Assembly (NCBI GenBank): GCA_051748445.1
Contig: JBNJHL010000003.1
Coordinates: 1-47,315 of the forward strand
Direction: 5' to 3'
Length of the DNA stretch: 47,315 nt
Source of the DNA: Bacillota bacterium
GTDB lineage: Bacteria; Bacillota; Dethiobacteria; DTU022
The translations under genes were made by a program, and so were the position numbers. How positions within the stretch are numbered: the first letter of the stretch is position 1; every line of letters begins with the position of its first letter. The notes under the pieces were generated by a model. The model worked only from the letters and a program-made list of their open reading frames with translations. It had not been told where the DNA came from and did no database searches. This document shows, piece by piece, positions 27,009 to 37,046 of the stretch.

Positions 27009-29409
27009 GCAGTGGATCTGGCCTGATCCGTACTCTGAGCAAGCTCTTGAGCTTTCCGGTGAAATAGAGTGTTCACCTGCCCTGGCCCGGCTGCTAATCA
27101 AGCGGGGGATTGAAGATCCCGGGCAAGCCAGGGCTTTTTTACATCCGGCAAAGGAACAGCTCTATTCACCCTGGTTAATGCAGGATATGGAAGAGGCTGT
27201 TGAGCGCTTGCTGCAGGCAATCAGTAACAGTGAAAAAATAATTATACACGGAGACTATGATGCTGACGGGATTACCGCTTCAGTTATAATGGTTGAAGCT
27301 CTTCAGCAATTGGGAGCAAGGGTTGATTATTTTCTGCCCAGCCGCTTTGAAGAAGGTTACGGGTTGCATAAAGATTCTCTGCAGCAGTTTAAAGCAGCCG
27401 GAGCTTCCCTGGTTGTTACCGTTGATTGCGGTATTAATGCTGAAGCAGAGGCAGTTTTTGCTTCAGAAATAGGCCTTGATATGATTATCACCGATCATCA
27501 TCAACCCCTGAACCCGGTATCCAGTGCTCTGGCCGTTCTTAACCCGCAGCAAAAAAATTGTTCCTATCCATATAAGGAGCTCTCCGGGGCGGGAGTGGCC
27601 TTTAAGCTCGCTTCGGCCTTGATGCAAAAAGCAGGAGAACCTTTTCCCACCCACCTTCTCGACCTGGCTGCCCTGGGCACTGCTGCCGATGTGGTGCCCC
27701 TTTTAGATGAAAACAGGATAATTGTTTCTCTGGGTCTGGATGTCCTGGGCAGTTTTAAAAGACTTGGGTTTAAGGCCCTGGCGGGCGCAGTCGGGTTGGA
27801 GCCAGAACGGGTTAGCAGTGCTGCCCTGTCATTTATTCTGGCCCCGGCTGTAAATGCGGCCGGACGGATGGGCGAGGCATTGCCGGCAGCTAAATTATTA
27901 CTGGAAAAAGATTCTCAAAAGGCAGCTCAGCTGGCTGATAGCTTAAACCAGGCTAATCAGACCAGGCGAGCCACAGAAAAAGGCATCCTTAAAGAAGCTG
28001 AACAGCAGGCACGTGAACAATTAGATACCCCGGGTTCCAGGATTATTACTCTGGCCGGTAAAAACTGGCACCATGGAGTAATCGGTATTGTTGCATCACG
28101 CCTGGTTGATAAATTTAACCGTCCTTTTGTGCTGGTTGCTCTTGAAGATGGAGAGGGGCGAGGTTCAGCCCGGAGCATTCCCGGTTTTGATATTACTGCT
28201 GCTTTAACAGCCTCATCAAATGTGCTGGAGCGCTTTGGCGGCCACGAACAGGCCGCAGGTTTCACAGTAATGGAGGATAACATTGAGCTGCTTCGAGATA
28301 ATCTCGCTAGTTATGCCTCGGCTAACCTGAAAGAGGAAAACTTAAAATCTTACTTATATCTGGATGCCGAGCTTAGTGCTTCCGAAATTGAATTCGACCT
28401 TGTTGAAGGACTTGAGAAACTTCAGCCCTTTGGCACAGCCAATCCAAGGCCTCTTTTTGGCAGTAGAAAGTGGCAGGTTTCCTCCTGGCGCCTGGTTGGC
28501 TCTGACCGGAAACATCTGAAGCTAAAAGTGCAAAAAGATGGAAGGATCCTGGATCCGATTTTCTTTTCTGGTGCAGGTATAGAAAAAGAATTGCAGCAGG
28601 GCCGCAATGTAGATCTTGCTTTCCGGTTGAAAAACGGGTCCTTCCGCAACCAAAAAACACTGGACTTAGAAATTAAGGATATCATCTACAGTGATAGTGT
28701 TACCTGTAAAGGGATCGAAGTAATTGACATGCGTGGCAGGCCTGACCGCTTAGAGAAAGCCAGGGAAATTATAAAAAGAGAAGGGGAAAAAGCGGTTCTC
28801 TTTGCCGCTACTCAGTCCCGGGCCGAAAAAATAATATCGAAGGTTGAACGTGAAAAAGTACCCTGTCTTTTAACCAGTGGGTCTATGAATGGCAGTGTTG
28901 ATATCCCTGATAATTCTGGGACGCTGCTGCTCTACGATTTACCCCTTCATGAAAATATCCTGAAAAAAGCTTTTAAAAGTGGTCTTGGTAAGGAGGCAGC
29001 TAAAGTATACCTTTTATATCATGATCAGGACCAGGAGCAAAACTGCCGCCTGACAGAAATGGCGCTGCCATCAGCGGAAAACCTGGAGAAAATTATTGCT
29101 CTTGTGCTGCAGCTTGATTATCAAAAAGAACAGGTGGTTTTACCTGGATTAATAGAGGATAAGCTTGATTTTAAGCCTGCAAAAAGTTTTTGGGACCGTG
29201 CCAGGAAAATTTATACAGAAATTGGGCTGCTTGATCAGGAGCGCTTCACAAAAAATATTGAAGAGGTTATGAAAAATTGGCCGGCCTGCCTTCATTTATC
29301 ACCTGTTTATCTAGAAATTGTCGAACTTCTGGACAACTGTGAACAGTTCCAGCGATTGCTGCTTGATGGGCCGCCCCAGGAAATTGCCTCCTATCTGTCT
29401 GATTTGTAG
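26992..29409 (+). CDS. recJ: Single-stranded-DNA-specific exonuclease RecJ
   Basis: DHH motifs (HGDYDADGIT, VTVDCG, ITDHH) and the DHHA1 motif GGHEQAAG. ATG 26992 assumed; it overlaps the preceding gene by 17 nt. Confidence 0.88.
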   Translation: MSLSGKQWIWPDPYSEQALELSGEIECSPALARLLIKRGIEDPGQARAFLHPAKEQLYSPWLMQDMEEAVERLLQAISNSEKIIIHGDYDADGITASVIMVEALQQLGARVDYFLPSRFEEGYGLHKDSLQQFKAAGASLVVTVDCGINAEAEAVFASEIGLDMIITDHHQPLNPVSSALAVLNPQQKNCSYPYKELSGAGVAFKLASALMQKAGEPFPTHLLDLAALGTAADVVPLLDENRIIVSLGLDVLGSFKRLGFKALAGAVGLEPERVSSAALSFILAPAVNAAGRMGEALPAAKLLLEKDSQKAAQLADSLNQANQTRRATEKGILKEAEQQAREQLDTPGSRIITLAGKNWHHGVIGIVASRLVDKFNRPFVLVALEDGEGRGSARSIPGFDITAALTASSNVLERFGGHEQAAGFTVMEDNIELLRDNLASYASANLKEENLKSYLYLDAELSASEIEFDLVEGLEKLQPFGTANPRPLFGSRKWQVSSWRLVGSDRKHLKLKVQKDGRILDPIFFSGAGIEKELQQGRNVDLAFRLKNGSFRNQKTLDLEIKDIIYSDSVTCKGIEVIDMRGRPDRLEKAREIIKREGEKAVLFAATQSRAEKIISKVEREKVPCLLTSGSMNGSVDIPDNSGTLLLYDLPLHENILKKAFKSGLGKEAAKVYLLYHDQDQEQNCRLTEMALPSAENLEKIIALVLQLDYQKEQVVLPGLIEDKLDFKPAKSFWDRARKIYTEIGLLDQERFTKNIEEVMKNWPACLHLSPVYLEIVELLDNCEQFQRLLLDGPPQEIASYLSDL

Positions 29410-29559
29410 ACTTCTTGCCGCTTGATACTATAGAATTTATCACTTATTTTTAGTATTATAGATAGTGCCTGTTCAGGCTATAAGGGGCCTGGTTTAAATT
29501 CCTTATATTGATTGATATTTGCTGCCTGGGAAATGGCTGTTGAAACGGGGAAGCATACC

Positions 29560-31752
29560 ATGGTTGTCAAAGAGCAAAAATTAATAGATCTTAAGAAAAG
29601 GATTCAGCGCTACTATCCTGACCTGGAAGACTGGACTCAGGTTGAGAAAGCTTATAATTATTCTCTTCAAGCTCATTCCGGTCAGATGCGTGTATCAGGG
29701 GAGTCTTATATTATTCACCCCCTTGGTGTAGCTGTGATCCTGACCGAACTGGAGCTGGACCTGGTTACTATTATTGCCGGCCTGCTTCATGATGTTGTAG
29801 AAGATACGGAGATAACTCTTGAGGATATTAGGCAGGAATTTGGAGAAGAAGTTGCCAACCTGGTTGACGGGGTTACCAAGTTAAGCCGCCTGGATTTCAC
29901 TTCCAAGGAAGAACAGCAGGCTGAAACCCTGCGTAAAATGTTTATTGCTATGGCCAGGGATATTCGGGTGGTATTAATCAAACTGGCCGATCGTACTCAT
30001 AACCTGCGTACCCTGCGCTACCTGAATACAAGTAAGCAGAAAGAAATTGCCCGTGAAACCCTGGAAATCTATGCACCTCTGGCTCACCGCCTTGGTATTT
30101 ATATGATCAAGTGGGAACTCGAAGATCTTGCTTTCCGTTATCTGCAACCCGATGACTATTTTAAACTGGTTGAAAAATTGCATAAGAAACGACGTGAGAG
30201 AGAAAATTTCATAAACCGCATCATCTGGATTTTGCAGGATTATCTATCTGAAGCTAAAATTGAAGCCGAGATACAGGGCCGGCCCAAGCATCTTTACAGT
30301 ATTTATAATAAGATGCAAACGCAGAATAAAGACTTAAATGAAATTTATGATTTGACCGCAGTGCGTATTATTGTTGATAATGTAAAAGATTGTTATCATA
30401 CCCTCGGTATTGTCCATACCATCTGGAAGCCGATACCCGGTCGCTTTAAAGATTTCATTGCTATGCCCAAGCCAAACTTGTACCAATCCCTCCATACCAC
30501 AGTTTTTGCAGCAGAAAACGAACTGGCTGAAATTCAGATCAGGACATGGGATATGCACCGGACTGCTGAATATGGTATTGCCGCTCACTGGCGTTACAAG
30601 GAAAAAAGCAGGGATTCTGAAGATATTGATGATAAGCTGACCTGGCTCAGACAGTTAATGGAATGGCAGAGTGATTATCGCGATGCCCGTGATTTTATCA
30701 AGGACTTAAAAGGGGATCTTTTTACCGACGAAGTATTTGTTTTTACTCCTAAAGGCGATGTTATTGATCTCCCAGCCGGTTCCGTAACTCTTGATTTTGC
30801 TTATAAAATTCACACCGATATTGGCAACCACTGTACGGGAGCCAGAGTTAATGGACGCCTGGTGCCGCTGGATTACCAGCTTAAAACTGGAGACATGGTT
30901 GAAGTTGTTACTTCAAAGCAGGGTTCTCCCAGCCGGGACTGGCTTAAGCTGGTTAAAACTTCACATGCCAAGAATAAGATTCGCAACTGGTTCAAAAAAG
31001 AACGCCGCGATGAAAATATTGAAAAAGGGCGTGAAATGATTGAAAGGGAAATCAGGCGTATTAACACCGAGCAGCGCCTGCATATGAAAAACGATTTGCT
31101 TGAAGAAACAGCCAGCTCTTTTAACCTGCTTTCGGTGGAGGACCTCTATGCTGCTGTAGGGTACGGTGGCGTATCTGTTCACCAGGTTATCAGCCGTATG
31201 CGTGAAGAGTATCAAAGAAGGACTAAAGACCATGAACAGGAAGAGATTATACCTGAGTTTAAACCGGTCAAGAAAAAGAAGCAGGGCTCGCCTGGTGTTT
31301 CAATTGAAGGTGTGGATAACCTGCTGATGCGGGTAGCAAAATGCTGCAATCCAGTGCCCGGGGATGATATAGTAGGCCTGGTAACCCGCGGACGAGGGGT
31401 ATCCATCCATCGCACTGATTGTCCAAATCTGAAACATTACCATGGTGATAAGAGCCGGTTGATGGATGCCAACTGGGAAGGCATTGATGATGCCTCTTAT
31501 CCGGTTGATATTGAGATACAGGCAAATGACCGTAAGAATTTGCTGGCTGATATTATGAGTGATGTTAATGAAAGCAAGATTGAAGTTACTGCAGTATCAG
31601 CCCGGGCCGATAAGAATAAGGACGCAACTATTCAGATGACTTTAGTTGTCAGGGATCAGGTTCACCTGGACCAGATCATGAATAAGATTGGCAAGGTCAA
31701 GGATGTATTTTCAGTGCGTCGCTATGTTTACGGTGCAGGTAGTCGGCGGTAA
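29560..31752 (+). CDS. relA: Bifunctional (p)ppGpp synthetase/hydrolase Rel
   Basis: HD domain (HPLGVA, LHDVVEDT), synthetase domain, TGS and ACT regions. ATG 29560 gives about 730 aa. Confidence 0.9.
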   Translation: MVVKEQKLIDLKKRIQRYYPDLEDWTQVEKAYNYSLQAHSGQMRVSGESYIIHPLGVAVILTELELDLVTIIAGLLHDVVEDTEITLEDIRQEFGEEVANLVDGVTKLSRLDFTSKEEQQAETLRKMFIAMARDIRVVLIKLADRTHNLRTLRYLNTSKQKEIARETLEIYAPLAHRLGIYMIKWELEDLAFRYLQPDDYFKLVEKLHKKRRERENFINRIIWILQDYLSEAKIEAEIQGRPKHLYSIYNKMQTQNKDLNEIYDLTAVRIIVDNVKDCYHTLGIVHTIWKPIPGRFKDFIAMPKPNLYQSLHTTVFAAENELAEIQIRTWDMHRTAEYGIAAHWRYKEKSRDSEDIDDKLTWLRQLMEWQSDYRDARDFIKDLKGDLFTDEVFVFTPKGDVIDLPAGSVTLDFAYKIHTDIGNHCTGARVNGRLVPLDYQLKTGDMVEVVTSKQGSPSRDWLKLVKTSHAKNKIRNWFKKERRDENIEKGREMIEREIRRINTEQRLHMKNDLLEETASSFNLLSVEDLYAAVGYGGVSVHQVISRMREEYQRRTKDHEQEEIIPEFKPVKKKKQGSPGVSIEGVDNLLMRVAKCCNPVPGDDIVGLVTRGRGVSIHRTDCPNLKHYHGDKSRLMDANWEGIDDASYPVDIEIQANDRKNLLADIMSDVNESKIEVTAVSARADKNKDATIQMTLVVRDQVHLDQIMNKIGKVKDVFSVRRYVYGAGSRR

Positions 31753-31797
31753 AAAAGCATAAACGGAGAACTTTTTGCAAATGGAGGGTACCTTAAA

Positions 31798-32247
31798 TTG
31801 CGAGCGGTAGTCCAGCGTGTAAGCAGGGCCAGCGTTGAAGTCGATGGAGAGACAGTAGGTAAAATAGAAAGTGGTTTGGTAGTTTTCCTTGGTGTCGGCA
31901 GGGAGGATGGGCCTGCTGATAGTGATTATCTGGCCGGTAAAATAACCAGCCTGCGTATTTTTGAAGATGAACAGGGTTTGATGAATCTTTCCGTTCAGGA
32001 CATAGATGGCAAAATTTTAAGTATTTCACAGTTTACCCTGTATGGTGATTGCCGTAAGGGCCGCCGCCCCGGCTTTTCTGCTGCGGCTTTGCCGGAGCAA
32101 GCGGAAAAACTTTATGATCTTTTTTGTGATAAATTAAGACAGAATAGTATTCCCGTGGAAACGGGCCGCTTCCAGGAAGAGATGCGAATCCTTGTAGATA
32201 ACGATGGTCCGGTGACGATGTTGCTGGACAGCAGGAAGTTGTTTTGA
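31798..32247 (+). CDS. dtd: D-aminoacyl-tRNA deacylase
   Basis: MRAVVQRV..., SQFTLYGD, NDGPVT motifs. TTG start after GGAGGG. Confidence 0.9.
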   Translation: MRAVVQRVSRASVEVDGETVGKIESGLVVFLGVGREDGPADSDYLAGKITSLRIFEDEQGLMNLSVQDIDGKILSISQFTLYGDCRKGRRPGFSAAALPEQAEKLYDLFCDKLRQNSIPVETGRFQEEMRILVDNDGPVTMLLDSRKLF

Positions 32248-32286
32248 TATACATATAAAGAACCATGTAATGAGAGGAGAGCAACG

Positions 32287-35200
32287 ATGAAATATAAAGC
32301 ACCCCGCGGAACCCGAGATATACTACCGGATGAAGCAAAAAAATGGCAGTACCTGGAAGAAAGGTTTGCCGATTACTGTAACCTCTATGGGTTTGGAGAA
32401 ATCCGAACTCCCATTTTTGAACAAACAGAACTCTTTATTCGCAGTGTTGGTGAAGACAGCGATATAGTTTCAAAAGAAATGTATACTTTTAAGGATCGCA
32501 GTGGACGTAACTTAACCCTGCGTCCGGAGCTGACTGCAGCTGTTGTTCGTGCTTACCTGGAGCACAACATGAAGGAAAAACCCCAACCTGTAAAGCTTTT
32601 CTACAGTGGGCCGATGTTTCGTTATGACCGGCCCCAGGCTGGCCGTTACCGCCAGTTTAACCAATTCGGACTTGAAATATTCGGGGCTGAAGGTGCAATA
32701 GCTGATACTGAAATCATTTCTTTTTGCTATAATTTTTTCAAATCTTTACGGATAGAAAACCTCTCGATAGAATTAAACAGTGTAGGCTGTCCTGTTTGTC
32801 GCCCACAGTATCGTGAAGCCCTGATGCCATACTTAGAAAATACCGAAGAGAACCTTTGCGGTGATTGTATCAAGCGTTATAAGAACAATCCCATGCGGGT
32901 TCTTGATTGTAAAAATGAAAGTTGTCAGGCTATTGTTGAAGCGGCACCGCGAATGACCGATCAACTTTGCCCTGCTTGTAAAAAGCATTTTACTGATCTC
33001 AAGGCATATTTGACCAATCTTAACATACCATTTAACCTGAACAGCAGGCTGGTTCGAGGGCTGGATTATTATACCAGAACAGCTTTTGAAGTTACAGCAG
33101 GAGCTTCCGGTGCCCAGGCTTCCCTGTGTGGAGGAGGTCGTTATGATTACCTGGTAGAACAGTGTGGTGGTCCACACACCCCTGGTGTGGGGGTTGCTTT
33201 TGGAGTAGAAAGAATTCTTCTGGCTATGGATTGGAACAGGCAGCAATTTGACCTTGAAACCCCGGTATATGTTGCCATGGCAGGGGATAATTTGGAAAGT
33301 GAAGCCTTGCTCCTGGCTGAAGAACTGCGTGTTGAAGGCTATGCCGCCGAACCGGAGATGATCGGGCGAAGTTTAAAAGCTCAGATGAAGCACGCCGGAA
33401 GACAGGGATACAGACATGTTGCTATTTTAGGTGAAGATGAAATTGCCCGTGGAGAGGTCACCCTGCGTAATATGGAAAGCGGTGAACAGCAAAAAATTAC
33501 CAGGGATAAGCTTTTTGACCTGCTGCTGGAAGATACTTTTAATCTTGAAGAGGATAGCAGTGAAAGTAATAAAGCAGCTGGCTCCGCTTCAGTTATTCTC
33601 CCCGCAGGACGAGAAGCTTTGCATAAAAGTCATTACTGCGGCAGTCTGAAACCGGGTGACGTTGGTACATCTGTAAAATTAGCCGGCTGGGTTGGACGTC
33701 GCCGCGATCATGGTGGTTTAATTTTTATTGATTTAAGAGATCGCAGCGGGATTATGCAGCTGGTATTTGACCAGCAGTTTGGAGATAAGCTATTTGAGGA
33801 GGCAGAAAGCCTGCGCAGTGAATATGTAGTAACAGTAGAAGGTGAAATTGTCAGGCGCTCTGAAGAAAACATTAATCCGGCCCTGCCTACAGGAGAAGTT
33901 GAAGTGCGAGTTACCGCCATGGAAATTCTCAACACTTCAAAAACTCCGCCTTTTTATATTGAAGATGATATCAATGTAGAGGAAAACCTGCGCCTGCGCT
34001 ATCGTTATCTTGATTTGAGGCGACCGGAAATGCTTGGCCGCCTTCAGCTGCGCCACAGGGCTGTTAAACTGGTCCGTGATTACCTGGACAATTACGACTT
34101 CCTGGAGATAGAAACCCCGATGCTGACTCGCAGCACCCCGGAAGGAGCGAGGGACTTCCTGGTGCCCAGCCGCCAGCATTCAGGTTCCTTTTACGCTCTA
34201 CCGCAGTCACCGCAGCTGTTCAAGCAGCTATTAATGGTAAGTGGAGTAGAGCGTTATTTCCAGATTGTTCGCTGCTTCAGGGATGAAGATTTAAGGGCCG
34301 ATCGCCAGCCTGAGTTTACCCAGGTCGATATCGAAACTTCCTTTTTCGGCCCGGAAAATCTTTTTGCCCTGATGGAAGGTCTCGTTGCCCGGTTGTGGCA
34401 GGAAATTCATGGTATAGAGGTAAAACAGCCTTTCCTCCGTATGCCTTACAGTGAAGCTATGAACCGTTTTGGTTCTGATAAGCCTGATCTGCGCTATGGC
34501 ATGGAACTGGTTGCCCTTGACGAACTGGCGCAGAAAAGTAATTTTAAAGTTTTCGTATCTGCCTTGGAAAGCGGTGGATCAGTTAAAGCTCTATTAGTTA
34601 AAGGCGGTAACCGTATGAGCCGTAAAGATTTAGATGACCTGACCCTGCTGGCCCGCCAGCTTGGTGCGAAAGGGCTGGCCTGGACTTTTGTTGAGGAAAG
34701 TGGCTGGCGCTCGCCAATCAGTAAGTTTTTCGAAGAAGAACTAATGAATCAAATCAGTGCTAAAATGGAAGCCGAGCCTGGCGATGTTTTATTATTTGTA
34801 GCGGATAAATGGGAAACAACCTGCCAGGTCTTAGGCTACCTTCGCCGCCACCTGGCCCCTAAAGAAAAATCTCCTGAGCCTCATTTTCTGTGGGTCATTG
34901 ATTTTCCGTTGTTCCATTATAATGAAGAAGAAAAGCGTTATGACTCTGATCATCACCCTTTTACCGCACCCAGGGCTGAAGATATGGCTATGCTCAACAG
35001 CGACCCCCTTGCAGTGCGGGCCCAGGCTTACGATCTTGTACTGGATGGCGTGGAGATTGGCGGAGGAAGTACCCGTATTCACGATAGCCAGGTTCAATCA
35101 AAAATATTTGACCTGCTCAGTCTATCGGAAGAAGAAAGCCGGGAAAAGTTTGGCTTTCTTCTTGAAGCCCTTTCATTCGGGGCTCCACCGCATGGCGGTA

Positions 35201-35385
35201 TAGCCCTGGGGCTTGACCGGTTAGTTGCCCTGCTTTCCGGTGACGAATCAATTCGCCAGGTTATTCCTTTTCCGAAAACAGCTACAGCCAGTTGTCTGAT
35301 GACCGGTGCTCCATCGTCTGTAGATCTCAATCAGCTTGATGAGCTTAAACTGGAATTGAAAAAGCTGCAAGACAAGGAAGGGTAG
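32287..35385 (+). CDS. hisS-aspS: Single ORF encoding complete histidyl-tRNA synthetase (about aa 1-420) and complete aspartyl-tRNA synthetase (from codon 445)
   Basis: HisRS motifs (GTRD, LRPE.T, FRYDRPQAGRYRQF, GGGRYD) are followed in frame by a linker (LEDTFNLEEDSSESNKAAGSASVILPAGREA), then AspRS (HYCGSL..., FIDLRDRSG, FRDEDLRADRQPEFTQ, GGGSTRIH, APPHGG). An in-frame TTG at 33619 aligns with the usual AspRS N-terminus. Confidence 0.85.
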   Translation: MKYKAPRGTRDILPDEAKKWQYLEERFADYCNLYGFGEIRTPIFEQTELFIRSVGEDSDIVSKEMYTFKDRSGRNLTLRPELTAAVVRAYLEHNMKEKPQPVKLFYSGPMFRYDRPQAGRYRQFNQFGLEIFGAEGAIADTEIISFCYNFFKSLRIENLSIELNSVGCPVCRPQYREALMPYLENTEENLCGDCIKRYKNNPMRVLDCKNESCQAIVEAAPRMTDQLCPACKKHFTDLKAYLTNLNIPFNLNSRLVRGLDYYTRTAFEVTAGASGAQASLCGGGRYDYLVEQCGGPHTPGVGVAFGVERILLAMDWNRQQFDLETPVYVAMAGDNLESEALLLAEELRVEGYAAEPEMIGRSLKAQMKHAGRQGYRHVAILGEDEIARGEVTLRNMESGEQQKITRDKLFDLLLEDTFNLEEDSSESNKAAGSASVILPAGREALHKSHYCGSLKPGDVGTSVKLAGWVGRRRDHGGLIFIDLRDRSGIMQLVFDQQFGDKLFEEAESLRSEYVVTVEGEIVRRSEENINPALPTGEVEVRVTAMEILNTSKTPPFYIEDDINVEENLRLRYRYLDLRRPEMLGRLQLRHRAVKLVRDYLDNYDFLEIETPMLTRSTPEGARDFLVPSRQHSGSFYALPQSPQLFKQLLMVSGVERYFQIVRCFRDEDLRADRQPEFTQVDIETSFFGPENLFALMEGLVARLWQEIHGIEVKQPFLRMPYSEAMNRFGSDKPDLRYGMELVALDELAQKSNFKVFVSALESGGSVKALLVKGGNRMSRKDLDDLTLLARQLGAKGLAWTFVEESGWRSPISKFFEEELMNQISAKMEAEPGDVLLFVADKWETTCQVLGYLRRHLAPKEKSPEPHFLWVIDFPLFHYNEEEKRYDSDHHPFTAPRAEDMAMLNSDPLAVRAQAYDLVLDGVEIGGGSTRIHDSQVQSKIFDLLSLSEEESREKFGFLLEALSFGAPPHGGIALGLDRLVALLSGDESIRQVIPFPKTATASCLMTGAPSSVDLNQLDELKLELKKLQDKEG

Positions 35386-35416
35386 GGGTTGCAGTAATCA
35401 ATTCAGAATGCTGATC

Positions 35417-35445
35417 TTGCGATTCAGCCGAATTTGTGCTATGCT
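35417..35445 (+). promoter_or_regulatory. Candidate sigma-A promoter for the 6S-like RNA
   Basis: TTGCGA (35417-35422), 17-nt spacer, TG-extended TATGCT (35440-35445). Confidence 0.4.
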
Positions 35446-35478
35446 TTTTATGAAATAGTTAGTCAATTGTAAGCATCG

Positions 35479-35655
35479 CCCTGCGGTGTACGTGAAAACC
35501 GATTAAGTTTTGAGCTAACACTAATACAACGGGAACCTGGTCTTCAGCTGTGGCGCAGCAGCCTCCGAAAAGAGGACCTGTAAAGCAGTTGAGAGGGTAC
35601 CCACCTTTTGAGGGAACAGTTCAAAACAACGGTCCACGGCACAGCGGGGTTTTTT
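35479..35655 (+). ncRNA. ssrS: Candidate 6S RNA (rod with central bubble), immediately downstream of aspS
   Basis: Hand-folded helices: 35479-35488/35640-35649, 35491-35494/35635-35638, 35498-35501/35630-35633, 35507-35516/35618-35627. A central bubble of about 14/15 nt follows. Distal helices are 35531-35537/35596-35602 and 35541-35550/35586-35594, with apical hairpin CCTC-cgaaaa-GAGG. T6 lies at 35650-35655. The position matches B. subtilis 6S-1 (bsrA), which sits in the aspS-yrvM intergenic region. Confidence 0.55.
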
Positions 35656-35669
35656 AATGCCTTTCTGCA

Positions 35670-35678
35670 TGCTATAAT
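35670..35678 (+). promoter_or_regulatory. Extended -10 (TGCTATAAT) promoter element for mgtE
   Basis: Perfect TATAAT at 35673-35678 preceded by TGC. It lies directly after the T-run of the upstream RNA. Confidence 0.45.
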
Positions 35679-35701
35679 TAAGGATGTTTGGGGGGATAAA
35701 C

Positions 35702-37027
35702 TTGACTGTTGAGAATCTCTATTTACAAATTAGTCGTGAATTGAAGTCAGGAACCCATCCGGGAGATCTTCTCGACCTACTTGACGAGCTTGAGTTGGAA
35801 CAAAAAGTTGAGTTGATGGAGAAGCTCTCCCCAGAAGATGCCGCCCTGATTTTTGAGGAAATGGAAGATTTTGAGCAGGCAGAAATACTAAAACTACTTA
35901 GTGAAGAGCGAGTCAGGTCTGTCCTCGGAAGTCTTGCTTCTGATGATGCTGCCGACCTGATTGGTGAATTGTCGCCGGAAGATGCCCGCAAGGTTTTGAA
36001 CCTAATTGATCAGGAAGAAACGCCGGTTGATTTTGGCGACCTTTTAAAATACCCCGAAGATACTGCCGGTGGTATTATGACCACCGAATTTATATCCCTT
36101 CCTGCTGATATACCGGTAGAAGAAGCGATTGACCGTTTACGGGAAATCGCTCCCGAAGCAGAAACTATTTACTATGTTTATGTAGTTGATGAAAATGGTC
36201 AGCTGATCGGGGTTGTATCATTACGCGATTTAATTGCTTCTTCAGACGGTACCTTAATAAAAAATATTATGCGCAGCAACGTAATTAACGTTAATGCCGA
36301 GCTTGATCAGGAAGAAGTAGCACGTATTGTGTCCAAGTATGATCTGCTGGCAGTGCCTGTTGTTGATAACCAGGATAGATTATTGGGGATTATTACAGTC
36401 GATGATGTTATGGATGTTATGGAGCAGGAGGCTACGGAAGATATTTACCGCCTGGCCGGAGCCAGTGAAGTTGTAGGGGTGGAATTAACCAAGGCACCTG
36501 TCGGCAAGGTGGTTCGCATGAGGTTGCCCTGGCTGTTTATCAGTATGGCCGGCGGAATTCTTTCGGGAAGTGTAATCGGAGTATTTGAAAACACCCTGGA
36601 AGCAATAGTCATGCTCGCAGTATTCATTCCGGTTATTATGGATATGGGCGGTAATGTTGGCACGCAATCATCTACCATTTTTGTACGCGGGTTGGCCACC
36701 GGGGAGATTGAGCGTTCCAAGCTGTGGCCTTATTTTTTCAGGGAAATAAAAATCGGGGCTGTGATGGGTCTGCTATGCGGTATTTTAATATCCTTTGCTG
36801 CATATTTCTGGCAGGGCAATCCATACCTCGGTGTGGTTGTCGGCGTTTCAATGCTGGCAACAATAAGTGTTGCTGCCCTGATTGGGACCCTGGTGCCAAT
36901 GCTTTGCAGTATGGTTAATATTGACCCGGCGATTACTGCCGGGCCTTTTGTTACTACTATTAAAGACGTTACAGGTCTTTTAATCTACTTTCTTATAGCT
37001 TCAAACTTTCTCGAATACCTGCGCTGA
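35702..37027 (+). CDS. mgtE: Magnesium transporter MgtE
   Basis: N-domain, tandem CBS domains, and a C-terminal 5-TM MgtE domain (PVIMDMGGNVGTQSS, PFVTTIKDVTG). TTG 35702 follows GGGGGG. The track ATG 35684 is in frame but sits only 5 nt after the -10. Confidence 0.88.
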   Translation: MTVENLYLQISRELKSGTHPGDLLDLLDELELEQKVELMEKLSPEDAALIFEEMEDFEQAEILKLLSEERVRSVLGSLASDDAADLIGELSPEDARKVLNLIDQEETPVDFGDLLKYPEDTAGGIMTTEFISLPADIPVEEAIDRLREIAPEAETIYYVYVVDENGQLIGVVSLRDLIASSDGTLIKNIMRSNVINVNAELDQEEVARIVSKYDLLAVPVVDNQDRLLGIITVDDVMDVMEQEATEDIYRLAGASEVVGVELTKAPVGKVVRMRLPWLFISMAGGILSGSVIGVFENTLEAIVMLAVFIPVIMDMGGNVGTQSSTIFVRGLATGEIERSKLWPYFFREIKIGAVMGLLCGILISFAAYFWQGNPYLGVVVGVSMLATISVAALIGTLVPMLCSMVNIDPAITAGPFVTTIKDVTGLLIYFLIASNFLEYLR

Positions 37028-37046
37028 CTCCACTTCCCTCCACCCC

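Noticed and set aside
32248-32286. T-box leaders in front of hisS-aspS (and of proS at 3455-3505)
   Set aside because: Firmicute aaRS genes often have ~200-nt T-box leaders. Here the upstream spacers are only about 39 and 50 nt, with no T-box sequence.
35386-35683. M-box (ykoK) Mg2+ riboswitch upstream of mgtE
   Set aside because: mgtE is the classic M-box-controlled gene and the spacer is structured. However, I could not find the conserved M-box segments (GUUAGGUGAGGCU..., GCUAAAGCUCUACG) on the + strand. The structure ends in its own T-run, and a perfect extended -10 lies between it and mgtE. A separate 6S-like RNA explains the region better. A covariance-model scan would settle it.
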